A DNA stretch of 64,000 bases from an uncultured Clostridia bacterium (lineage in GTDB: Bacteria; Bacillota; Clostridia; Christensenellales; UBA1242): NCBI GenBank assembly GCA_947382485.1, contig CANCYS010000004.1:6385-70384 (forward strand), written 5' to 3'. Below are positions 9,912-18,163 of this stretch, in pieces. The notes under the pieces were generated by a model. It searched no databases, had not been told where the DNA came from, and saw nothing but the letters and a program-made list of their open reading frames with translations. Numbering within the stretch: position 1 is the first letter of the stretch; the number at the start of each line of letters is the position of its first letter. Made by a program: the position numbers and the translations under genes.

Positions 9912-10538
9912 ATGGCAGAAGAATTAGAAACAGTTGCTCAAAATGTTGAAACAGTTGAAACAGAAAATGCACAAGCACAATCTGAAACAAAAACTGAAAA
10001 AAGAGCAGATAGAAATGGTTCAAGAAGACCAAGACGTGAAAATCGTAGACCAGAAAAAGTATCTGATGGTCTTGAAAAGAGAATGGTAAACTTAAATGCC
10101 ATCTCAAAAGTTACCAAAGGTGGAAAAACCATGCGTTACGATGCCCTTATGGTAGTTGGTGACAAAAATGGTAAAGTTGGTATCGGTCTTGCAAAAGCAC
10201 TTGACGTAACAATGGCTATTGAAAAAGCTACACTTGTTGCAAAAAAACATATGATTAGTGTTAAAATGGATGGAACAACAATTCCTCATGACATAATCGG
10301 AAGATTTGGAACAACAAAAGTTATCATGATGCCATCACCAGAAGGTAAAGGTATCATCGCAGGTGGCGTTGTTCGTGACGTAGTTGAACTTGCTGGTATC
10401 AAAGATATCACAACAAAACTTTATGGTTCAAACAACCCAGTAAACTGTGTAAAGGCAACTTTTGAAGGTTTAAAAGCACTCAGAACTGCTGAGGAAATTG
10501 CAAGCCTTCGTGGAAAGAAAGTTGAAGAATTAAGATAG
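9912..10538 (+). CDS. rpsE: 30S ribosomal protein S5 (uS5) with an N-terminal charged extension
   Basis: 208 aa. The core (NLNAISKVTKGGKTMRYDALMVVGD) is preceded by roughly 55 aa rich in E/T/R/K. Confidence 0.93.
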   Translation: MAEELETVAQNVETVETENAQAQSETKTEKRADRNGSRRPRRENRRPEKVSDGLEKRMVNLNAISKVTKGGKTMRYDALMVVGDKNGKVGIGLAKALDVTMAIEKATLVAKKHMISVKMDGTTIPHDIIGRFGTTKVIMMPSPEGKGIIAGGVVRDVVELAGIKDITTKLYGSNNPVNCVKATFEGLKALRTAEEIASLRGKKVEELR

Positions 10539-10551
10539 GAGGAGAAGGAAA

Positions 10552-11007
10552 ATGGCAGAAACAACAAAAGCAAAAACAACAACAAAAACTGCTGCTGCTA
10601 AGTCTTCTTCGACTAAAACAGCAACAACAAAAACCGCTGCAAAGCCAAAGGCTGAAACTGCAACAAAAAAAGCTGCTCCAAAAGCAGAAAAAACAGTAGA
10701 AGTTAAGGCTGTTAAAGCAGAAACAGTTAAAGCAGAAGCAAAACCTGCAAAAACAACAACAGTGGCAGAAGTTAAAACTGAGGAAGTAAAACCAAAAACA
10801 ACACAAAAACCAGTTAAGAAAACTGATGGACCAATGATTAAAGTTACTTTAATCAAGAGTGGAAAAGGTAGACTTCAAAAACAAATGAGAACCTTGGAAG
10901 CACTTGGACTTGGCAAAATCAATTCATCAAACATCGTTCCAGATAACGATGCAATCAGAGGAATGATTTTTGTTGTTAAACACTTGGTTCGTGTTGAAAA
11001 AGTTTAA
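10552..11007 (+). CDS. rpmD: 50S ribosomal protein L30 (uL30) with a 94-aa A/K/T-rich N-terminal extension
   Basis: The uL30 domain is the last 57 aa (MIKVTLIKSGKGRLQKQMRTLEALGLGK...). A strong GGAGGAGAAGG RBS precedes ATG 10552; no RBS precedes the internal ATG 10834. Confidence 0.8.
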   Translation: MAETTKAKTTTKTAAAKSSSTKTATTKTAAKPKAETATKKAAPKAEKTVEVKAVKAETVKAEAKPAKTTTVAEVKTEEVKPKTTQKPVKKTDGPMIKVTLIKSGKGRLQKQMRTLEALGLGKINSSNIVPDNDAIRGMIFVVKHLVRVEKV

Positions 11008-11022
11008 TAAGGAGAAAATAAC

Positions 11023-11466
11023 ATGAAAATTCATGAATTATCACCTGCTGAGGGTTCAACCACAAAAGAAAAAAGACTTGGCCGTGGAATTGGCTCTGGT
11101 CTTGGAAAAACTTCTGGCAAAGGTCACAAAGGTCAAAATGCAAGAAGTGGTGGCGGTGTAAGGCAAGGTTTCGAAGGTGGACAAATGCCACTTATTCGTC
11201 AATTACCAAAAATTGGCTTTACAAACAACTTCAGAAAGGTTTATACTACAATTAATGTAGGTGAGTTAGAAGTTTTAGACGCTGGAACAACTGTAACAGC
11301 AGAACTTCTTAAATCTAAAAATATCATTTCCAAAATTGAACCTTATGGTTTGAAAGTACTTGGAAATGGAAATCTCACAAAAGCTTTAAATGTTCAAGCT
11401 GCAAAATTTACAGATGGTGCAGTTAAGAAAATTACCGCTGTTGGCGGAACTATTGAGGTAAAATAA
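11023..11466 (+). CDS. rplO: 50S ribosomal protein L15 (uL15)
   Basis: 147 aa, [27 protein letters not shown] motif. Confidence 0.95.
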   Translation: MKIHELSPAEGSTTKEKRLGRGIGSGLGKTSGKGHKGQNARSGGGVRQGFEGGQMPLIRQLPKIGFTNNFRKVYTTINVGELEVLDAGTTVTAELLKSKNIISKIEPYGLKVLGNGNLTKALNVQAAKFTDGAVKKITAVGGTIEVK

Positions 11467-12770
11467 TGTTTAAAACCCTTGGAAGTGCATTAAAAAATCG
11501 TGAATTACGAAAGAGTATTTTAATAACACTTGCATTGCTTTTAGTTTACAGATTGGGTTGTTATTTACCAACCCCAGGCCTTTCAAGTGCGTTGTATGCA
11601 GACCTTGTTGGAAATGATAGCACAGGAATCTTGTCACTTCTTAATGCTGTGACAGGTAGTGCGCTTTCAAACTCAGCAATATTTGCTCTTGGTGTAACAC
11701 CATACATCAACGCATCAATCATAATTCAATTATTGGCAGTGGCAATTCCACCACTTGAAAGATTGTCAAAAGAAGGCGATCAAGGCAGACAAAAAATGAA
11801 TTTAATCACAAAAATTGTAGCCTTGGTTCTTGCTCTTGCACAAGGTCTTGGAATTGTTCTTGGACTCGGTGCAAACTACATCCAACCAATATTTGGTGAA
11901 AATTTGAAATGGCTTACAGGTGCTTTGGTAATCATAACACTTATGGCAGGAACATGCTTTACTATGTGGCTTGGAGATAAAATCACTGAGCAAGGAATTG
12001 GCAATGGTTTATCTCTTATAATCTTCATTGGTATTTTAGCATCTTCTGCTCAATCTATTTTAAATGCAATTAAAAACATATCAGATAGTTTGACATATTT
12101 ATGGCAATTATTAGGCTTCCTTGCACTTGTTCTTATTATCTTCTTCCTTATCGTATTTATTGATATGTCAGAAAGAAGAATAAATGTACAATATGCAAAA
12201 CAGGTAAAGGGAAGAAAAATGTATGGTGGTCAGTCAACATACATTCCAATGAAAGTGAACGGCAGTGGGGTGCTTCCAATAATCTTTGCGTCAGCACTTA
12301 TCACACTTCCAACACTCATCATGTCACTTTGTGGCTTAACAAAAGATAGTGGTTGGTTTGCAAACTTCTGGTTCACATATCTTGGAACTGGTTCAGTTGT
12401 ATATAGCATTCTTACAGCACTACTTATATTATTCTTTGCATATTTCTATGCTCAGATTCAATTCAATCCAACAGATGTAAGTTTGAATATTCAACAGCAT
12501 GGTGGTTTCATACCAGGTATCAGACCAGGAAAACCAACAACTGATTACCTTAAAAAAGTTTCACACAGAATAACATTATTTGGAGCAATCTTCTTGGCGT
12601 TCATAGCACTTGTTCCATCAGTATTGTTCTCTGCTGTGGCAGGAACATCACAGGGACTTATTAATGCGTTCACTGCAACGGGTATGTTAATCGTCGTAAG
12701 CGTTGCAATCGAGTTCCAAAATCAACTCGAATCTCAACTTATGATGAAGAGACATAAAAACATTTTATAG
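11466..12770 (+). CDS. secY: preprotein translocase subunit SecY
   Basis: 434 aa, multi-TM; conserved position after rplO; typical SecY segments (GVTPYINASIIIQLL, GNGLSLIIF). Confidence 0.95.
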   Translation: MFKTLGSALKNRELRKSILITLALLLVYRLGCYLPTPGLSSALYADLVGNDSTGILSLLNAVTGSALSNSAIFALGVTPYINASIIIQLLAVAIPPLERLSKEGDQGRQKMNLITKIVALVLALAQGLGIVLGLGANYIQPIFGENLKWLTGALVIITLMAGTCFTMWLGDKITEQGIGNGLSLIIFIGILASSAQSILNAIKNISDSLTYLWQLLGFLALVLIIFFLIVFIDMSERRINVQYAKQVKGRKMYGGQSTYIPMKVNGSGVLPIIFASALITLPTLIMSLCGLTKDSGWFANFWFTYLGTGSVVYSILTALLILFFAYFYAQIQFNPTDVSLNIQQHGGFIPGIRPGKPTTDYLKKVSHRITLFGAIFLAFIALVPSVLFSAVAGTSQGLINAFTATGMLIVVSVAIEFQNQLESQLMMKRHKNIL

Positions 12771-12809
12771 TGCTAGATTAAAAATTAATTATATTTCAAG
12801 GAGAAAGTT

Positions 12810-13484
12810 ATGAAATTTTTAATGTTTGGTGCGCCAATGGCTGGAAAAGGAACATTGGCAGGAATGTTGTCTGAAAAATACAATCTTCCAACAATTTCAA
12901 TGGGTGATATTTTAAGAAATAGCATTGCCCAAGGAACAGACGAAGGTTTGCTTGCAAAAAGTTATATGGATAAAGGCGAAATGGTTCCAAATGAAGTAGT
13001 TTGTGCTATGATAAAAACCAGACTCGCTAAACCAGATGTAGCTAACGGATTCATTCTTGATGGTTTCCCAAGAACACCATCACAACTTGAAGTTTTTGTT
13101 AGAGAAAACATCACAGATATCGATGTTGTCGTAAGTTTAGAAGTTCCATATGAATCACTTGTTTCAAGAGTGGTTGGAAGAAGAACTTGTAAAGATTGTG
13201 GCTACATTTACAACACCAGTTGGAATTTAGGATATAAAGTTTGTCCTAAGTGTGGTGGAGAATGGAGCATCAGAAGTGATGATAACGAAGATACTTATAA
13301 AACAAGATACAATGTATACATTTCTGAAACTCTTCCAATTTTAGAATATTTTGAAAAGCAAGGAAAAGTTGTTAAAACTATTGGGGACAAAGCCCCAGAA
13401 CAAAGTTACACCAACATGATGAATGCTTTGAAAAATAGCAACATTCCAGGAATGAAAGAGTTTTTGGAAGGTGGAAACAAATAA
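12810..13484 (+). CDS. adk: adenylate kinase (zinc-lid type)
   Basis: 224 aa, P-loop GAPMAGKGT; lid CKDCG...CPKCGG. Confidence 0.93.
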   Translation: MKFLMFGAPMAGKGTLAGMLSEKYNLPTISMGDILRNSIAQGTDEGLLAKSYMDKGEMVPNEVVCAMIKTRLAKPDVANGFILDGFPRTPSQLEVFVRENITDIDVVVSLEVPYESLVSRVVGRRTCKDCGYIYNTSWNLGYKVCPKCGGEWSIRSDDNEDTYKTRYNVYISETLPILEYFEKQGKVVKTIGDKAPEQSYTNMMNALKNSNIPGMKEFLEGGNK

Positions 13485-13646
13485 TAAATAAGAAATCAAT
13501 TTAAAGGAGAGTATCTGCAAAACATTGCAGAAACTCTCAAAAAAGATTTCAAAAAATAAATCCAAATACTCACTAAATTGCAGTTCTAAAAACTAAAATT
13601 GTAGTAGAGATATTAACAAAAACAGCAAATTTGGAGGCAATTAACA

Positions 13647-13865
13647 TTGAGTAAAGATGATGTTATAGAAACAGAGGGCGTCGTTGTAGAGGCAATGCCT
13701 GGTGCAACATTCAAAGTAAAGATTGCAGGTGGACATATTGTCACCGCTTATCTTTCTGGCAAACTCTGGAAAAATTTTATTCGTGTTTATGAGGGCGACA
13801 CAGTAAAACTTGAAATCAGCCCTTACGATTTAACTCGTGGTAGAATTATTTGGAGAAGTAAATAA
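13647..13865 (+). CDS. infA: translation initiation factor IF-1
   Basis: 72 aa, TTG start 9 nt after the GGAGG RBS; (M)[23 protein letters not shown]... typical S1-like IF-1. Confidence 0.93.
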   Translation: MSKDDVIETEGVVVEAMPGATFKVKIAGGHIVTAYLSGKLWKNFIRVYEGDTVKLEISPYDLTRGRIIWRSK

Positions 13866-13882
13866 AAGCAGGAGAAAAGACA

Positions 13883-13999
13883 ATGAAAGTTAGACCTAGT
13901 GTAAAACCTATGTGTGATGGTTGTAAAGTTATAAAGAGAGATGGCAAAGTAAGAGTCATTTGTAGCAAAAATCCTAAACATAAACAAGTTCAGGGTTAG
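13883..13999 (+). CDS. rpmJ: 50S ribosomal protein L36 (bL36), zinc form
   Basis: Not in the ORF track (38 aa). My translation is [45 protein letters not shown] at 13871-13874. Confidence 0.9.
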   Translation: MKVRPSVKPMCDGCKVIKRDGKVRVICSKNPKHKQVQG

Positions 14000-14207
14000 T
14001 TTTCTCTTTGGTTTTGTTTATGGAAGATAAAATATGGAGTATCTATTAGCAGTTGCTAACCAAATTTTGTCTTTCATATACAAAACTGTTAAAAATAATC
14101 GTATCAAATGCGGCAATAGGGAAACCTATATTTGATGCGTTAAACATTCGCTATATAAGCGAAAATATATAAAATAATCAAAATCAAAATTATCTTTGGA
14201 GGATAAA
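14000..14207 (+). promoter_or_regulatory. unusually long structured rpmJ-rpsM spacer; candidate alpha-operon leader
   Basis: 10-bp stem CGTATCAAAT/ATTTGATGCG (14100-14139). 6-bp stem TTCGCT/AGCGAA (14147-14163). A degenerate copy of the rpsM RBS/start region lies at about 14005-14056. Confidence 0.35.
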
Positions 14208-14603
14208 ATGGCACGTATTAGTGGTGTAGATTTACCAAATGAAAAGAGAGTAGAAATCGGCCTTACATATATTTATGGTATTGGCAGAGTTACCTCAAAC
14301 AAAATTTTACAAACAACTGGTATCAACCCAGACATCAGAGTAAAAGATTTAAATGAAGAGCAAATCGGAAAAATCCGTGAATACATGGACAAACATTTAA
14401 CAACCGAAGGTGAACTTAGAAGAGTTGTTAACATGAACATCAAAGCTCTTGAAGAAATTAAATGTTATCGTGGAATGCGTCACAAAGCTGGACTTCCAGT
14501 TCGTGGACAAAACACAAAATCAAACGCAAGAACAAGAAAAGGCCCTAAGAAAATTGCTAGCAAATCAAAAAAGCAAATGCCAGCAACAAAGGGTAAGAAA
14601 TAG
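14208..14603 (+). CDS. rpsM: 30S ribosomal protein S13 (uS13)
   Basis: Start moved to ATG 14208 ([10 protein letters not shown]), after the GGAGG RBS at 14198-14202. 131 aa. Confidence 0.95.
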   Translation: MARISGVDLPNEKRVEIGLTYIYGIGRVTSNKILQTTGINPDIRVKDLNEEQIGKIREYMDKHLTTEGELRRVVNMNIKALEEIKCYRGMRHKAGLPVRGQNTKSNARTRKGPKKIASKSKKQMPATKGKK

Positions 14604-14621
14604 GATTAAGGAGAAAGATTA

Positions 14622-15026
14622 ATGGCAGAGAAAAAAGTAGCTAAGAAAACCGCAACAAGAAAACGTAAAATCACAACCAGTATTGATAAAGGTAGAGTTT
14701 ATGTTCAATCATCTTTCAACAATACTATTGTAACTGTTACTGACGCTGCGGGAAACGCACTTGCTAGTTGTTCAGCTGGTGCACTTGGATATAAAGGTAG
14801 CAAAAAGAGTACACCTTTTGCTGCTGGTCAAGCTGCTGAAAAGGCAGCAAAACTTGCAAAGGATTATGGCCTTAAATCAGTCGAAGTGTATGTTAAAGGA
14901 CCTGGAAATGGTAGAGAGTCTGCTGTAAGATCACTTGCAGCTGCTGATCTTGAAGTAACAATGATCAGAGATATTTCACCAATCCCACACAATGGTTGTC
15001 GTCCACCAAAACCAAGAAGAATTTAA
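14622..15026 (+). CDS. rpsK: 30S ribosomal protein S11 (uS11)
   Basis: 134 aa, [18 protein letters not shown]...[12 protein letters not shown]. Confidence 0.96.
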   Translation: MAEKKVAKKTATRKRKITTSIDKGRVYVQSSFNNTIVTVTDAAGNALASCSAGALGYKGSKKSTPFAAGQAAEKAAKLAKDYGLKSVEVYVKGPGNGRESAVRSLAAADLEVTMIRDISPIPHNGCRPPKPRRI

Positions 15027-15041
15027 CCTAAGGAGAAAAAA

Positions 15042-15662
15042 ATGGCAAAATATATTAATGCAGATTGCAGATTGTGCAGAAGAGAAGGCACCAAACTTTT
15101 CCTCAAAGGTGAAAGATGTACTTCTAAAAAATGTGCAATTGAAAGAAGAGTTGGTGCTCCTGGTGTGCATCCAACAACTAGAAAGAAAGCAAGTGAATAT
15201 GCTATTCAGCTTCGTGAAAAACAAAAAGTTAAAAGAGCATATGGTTTATTAGAAAAACAATTTAGAGCAGTTTATGACAGAGCAGTTCAAATGCGTGGTA
15301 AAACTGGTGAAACAATGCTTAGCTTACTTGAAAGAAGACTTGATAATGTTGTATACAGACTTGGTCTTGGTTCAAGCAGAGCACAAGCAAGACAAATTGT
15401 TAATCACAGACATGTAACTGTAAATGGAAAGATTGTAAACATTCCATCATACACAGTTAAAGTTGGAGATGTAATTGCAGTAAAAGAAACAAGTGCAAAG
15501 AAAGCTCCATTTGAAGGTATCAAAGATTCAAGAGTTATTGTACCAAAGTGGCTTGAATTTGAACCAGCAAAACTTACAGGTAAGGTTATTGCATTACCAG
15601 CTAGAGATGACATTGATTTAACTATTCAAGAGCATCTTATCATTGAACGTTACTCTAAATAA
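15042..15662 (+). CDS. rpsD: 30S ribosomal protein S4 (uS4), Cys4 form
   Basis: 206 aa, CRLCRREG...CTSKKC; S4 domain RLDNVVYRLGL. Confidence 0.95.
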   Translation: MAKYINADCRLCRREGTKLFLKGERCTSKKCAIERRVGAPGVHPTTRKKASEYAIQLREKQKVKRAYGLLEKQFRAVYDRAVQMRGKTGETMLSLLERRLDNVVYRLGLGSSRAQARQIVNHRHVTVNGKIVNIPSYTVKVGDVIAVKETSAKKAPFEGIKDSRVIVPKWLEFEPAKLTGKVIALPARDDIDLTIQEHLIIERYSK

Positions 15663-15684
15663 AATTTAAATTGGGGGATCTAAT

Positions 15685-16638
15685 ATGTTAGAAATTGAAA
15701 AGCCAAGGATTGAATGTTTGGAAGAAAAAGGTGGCTCATATGCAAAGTTTGTTGTTGAACCACTTGAAAAAGGATTTGGAGTTACCATCGGAAACTCACT
15801 TAGAAGAATACTTCTTTCAAGCCTTCCTGGGTCAGCTGTTACTAATATTAGAATAGCTGGTGTTGACCATGAATTTATGGCACTTAAAGGTGCAAAAGAA
15901 GATGTTACTGAGGTCGTTTTAAACATGAAAGGACTTGCAGTAAAAATTGATTCTGATGACAAAAAATTCAGAAAAACTTTAAAACTTAAAGCACAAGGAC
16001 CTTGTGTTGTTACAGCAAACGACATTCAAGATGATGACGAAGTTCATGTTATCAACAAAAATATGTATATCTGCACACTTGAAGCTGATGGCGTTCTTGA
16101 TATGGACATTTTAGTTGGTCAAGGAAGAGGATATGTTCCAGCAGATAAAAACAAAGACATGAGTTTGCCAATTGGATACATCGCAATTGATAGCATGTAT
16201 ACACCAGTAAAAAGAGCAAGTTATGTTGTTGAAAACACTCGTGTTGGTCAAAACACAGACTTTGATAAACTTATCTTAGAAGTTACAACAAATGGAACAG
16301 TTTCTGCAAAAGAAGTTGTAAGTTTGTCTGGAAAACTTATGAATGAATATAACAACTTGTTCATTGAACTCGTTGAAAATATGTCAAACACATCAATTTT
16401 GGTTAGCCGTGAAGAAGACAAAGTTCATAAACTTTTGGTTATGAGCATGGAAGACATGGACTTATCAGTTCGTTCATACAACTGCTTAAAGAGAGCAGGT
16501 ATCAATACTGTTGAAGATTTGATAAAGAAAACCGAAGATGATATGTTAAAAGTTAAAAATCTTGGAAGAAAATCTCTTGATGAGGTTATTCACAAACTTG
16601 AAGGCTTAGGACTTGGTCTTAAAGCTAAGGAAGATTAA
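15685..16638 (+). CDS. rpoA: DNA-directed RNA polymerase subunit alpha
   Basis: 317 aa, GVTIGNSLRRILLSSLPG; C-terminal domain LSVRSYNCLKRAGINTVEDL. Confidence 0.96.
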   Translation: MLEIEKPRIECLEEKGGSYAKFVVEPLEKGFGVTIGNSLRRILLSSLPGSAVTNIRIAGVDHEFMALKGAKEDVTEVVLNMKGLAVKIDSDDKKFRKTLKLKAQGPCVVTANDIQDDDEVHVINKNMYICTLEADGVLDMDILVGQGRGYVPADKNKDMSLPIGYIAIDSMYTPVKRASYVVENTRVGQNTDFDKLILEVTTNGTVSAKEVVSLSGKLMNEYNNLFIELVENMSNTSILVSREEDKVHKLLVMSMEDMDLSVRSYNCLKRAGINTVEDLIKKTEDDMLKVKNLGRKSLDEVIHKLEGLGLGLKAKED

Positions 16639-16649
16639 GGAGAAGGAAT

Positions 16650-17159
16650 ATGGACACAAGAAAATTAGGAAAACCAACTGACCAACGTCTTGCAATGCTC
16701 TCAAACCTTGCAACAGACATTTTGTGGTATGGCCATATTGAAACAACTTTTGATAGAGCAAAAGCTGCTGCAAGAATGGTTGAAAAAATTCTTACTCTTG
16801 CAATCAATTCATATGAAGATGTAGTAACAAGCGAAAAAGTTACTTTGGACGGAAATGGCAAAGAAAAGAAAGTTACTGTATCAAAAGATGGCGTAAAGAA
16901 ACTTAATGCTAGAAGAAGAATTATTGCTATGGTTGAAGATAGACAAGAGCACAAAAAGAAAGGCGAAAAACAAGCTGATTTCGAAGCAAGAACACAAGGA
17001 ATTGAAATGCCACTCATTGAGAAAATTTTTGATGATCTTGCACCAAAATATGCTGAAAGAAACAAAGAAACAGGCAAACAAGGTGGTTACACAAGAGTAA
17101 TCAAAACAAACATTCGTCGTGGTGACAATGCTCAAATGGCACTTGTTGAATTGGTTTAA
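16650..17159 (+). CDS. rplQ: 50S ribosomal protein L17 (bL17) with an internal insertion of roughly 50 aa
   Basis: 169 aa. Ends GGYTRVIKTNIRRGDNAQMALVELV. A charged insertion lies between the ...ILTLA and ...LAPKYAERN segments. Confidence 0.9.
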   Translation: MDTRKLGKPTDQRLAMLSNLATDILWYGHIETTFDRAKAAARMVEKILTLAINSYEDVVTSEKVTLDGNGKEKKVTVSKDGVKKLNARRRIIAMVEDRQEHKKKGEKQADFEARTQGIEMPLIEKIFDDLAPKYAERNKETGKQGGYTRVIKTNIRRGDNAQMALVELV

Positions 17160-17173
17160 TTAAATAACAAATA

Positions 17174-17204
17174 AAAAATTCACTGAATTTTCAGTGATTT
17201 TTTT
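17174..17204 (+). terminator. rho-independent terminator after rplQ
   Basis: TCACTGA-ATTT-TCAGTGA hairpin plus a T-run. Confidence 0.85.
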
Positions 17205-17242
17205 ATTATTTTTTTTGAAATTATTCTTAATTTATGTGAATA

Positions 17243-17271
17243 TTGACAATATCAAACATTGGGTGTAAAAT
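17243..17271 (+). promoter_or_regulatory. sigma-70 type promoter
   Basis: TTGACA (17243-17248), 17-nt spacer, TAAAAT (17266-17271). Confidence 0.65.
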
Positions 17272-17291
17272 TAAAATGTTAAGAGGTTTTT

Positions 17292-17996
17292 ATGGAATTA
17301 GAAAAATCAAAAATTTTACCAATTGCAGTTTTAAGACCACATGATTCTCAAATCAATCCTATAAATTTCAGAAGTCAATATCGCTTGCATAAAGGCGACC
17401 CATATATTCCAAGAATTTATGATTATAATGCAATATTTAGAAAAATTTTTGGTAAACATCAAGGCAAAAAGAATCTGCATATTCTAAATATATATGATTA
17501 TTTTAAGTTTATTAACGCATTGGATTATTTGGAGCATGGACAAATAAATGAGATTAATATTCTTAAAGAAAATGAATGTTTTAAATCCATAGAATCAGTC
17601 GAAAGTGGTTGGAGAAAAATTATTGTAGAAGATAAAATCTCTCAAACTCCAATTAGAGAATTATATATTTCTAATAATGGTGTTGTTTTTGAACGTCAAG
17701 AATTAGTAAAAGATAAATCTGTGCCAGAAGAACTTTATTTTGCTGATATAGAATATGAAGTAGAAGATTTTGAATATATTGATTCAAAATATTATAGTGA
17801 AGAATATCAAGATTTTATGAATAATTATTATGCGACGGCGATTGCTAGGGTTGATGAAATGATTGCTGCCTTTGGAAAAGATGACTATGGTCTAGTCACA
17901 GGACAACTTCTTATTTTAAAAGATATAATCAAAGAAAAGTATGAAAAAGAAATTGCAAATCAACAAGCATTAAAAAATCAAAGCAATCCAAATTAA
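17292..17996 (+). CDS. hypothetical protein (Y/D/E-rich, no family recognised)
   Basis: 234-aa ORF with its own promoter, an AGAGG RBS and a terminator. No TM segment or signal peptide. Confidence 0.55.
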   Translation: MELEKSKILPIAVLRPHDSQINPINFRSQYRLHKGDPYIPRIYDYNAIFRKIFGKHQGKKNLHILNIYDYFKFINALDYLEHGQINEINILKENECFKSIESVESGWRKIIVEDKISQTPIRELYISNNGVVFERQELVKDKSVPEELYFADIEYEVEDFEYIDSKYYSEEYQDFMNNYYATAIARVDEMIAAFGKDDYGLVTGQLLILKDIIKEKYEKEIANQQALKNQSNPN

Positions 17997-18007
17997 AAGT
18001 TTATTAT

Positions 18008-18035
18008 AAAAACACCAAGTAATGGTGTTTTTTTT
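18008..18035 (+). terminator. rho-independent terminator
   Basis: AACACCA-AGTAA-TGGTGTT hairpin plus T8. Confidence 0.8.
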
Positions 18036-18163
18036 GCATAAAAAAAGTTAAGATAAATTTAATTTTTGAAAAATTTTAAGTTCTTCATAAATTTAATAAA
18101 TCTTAACTAATACTAGTATATGCAGTGTTATTCACTTTATACATAAAAAATTAATTTTTTTTA

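Noticed and set aside
10480-10856. Two overlapping 108-aa Cys/Phe-rich or Ala/Val/Phe-rich ORFs on the minus strand
   Set aside because: They are reverse-complement artefacts of the A/K/T-rich codon repeats in the uL30 N-terminal extension.
15666-16025. 119-aa minus-strand ORF
   Set aside because: It is antisense to the 5' part of rpoA.
16625-17077. 150-aa minus-strand ORF
   Set aside because: It is antisense to rplQ with no expression signals.
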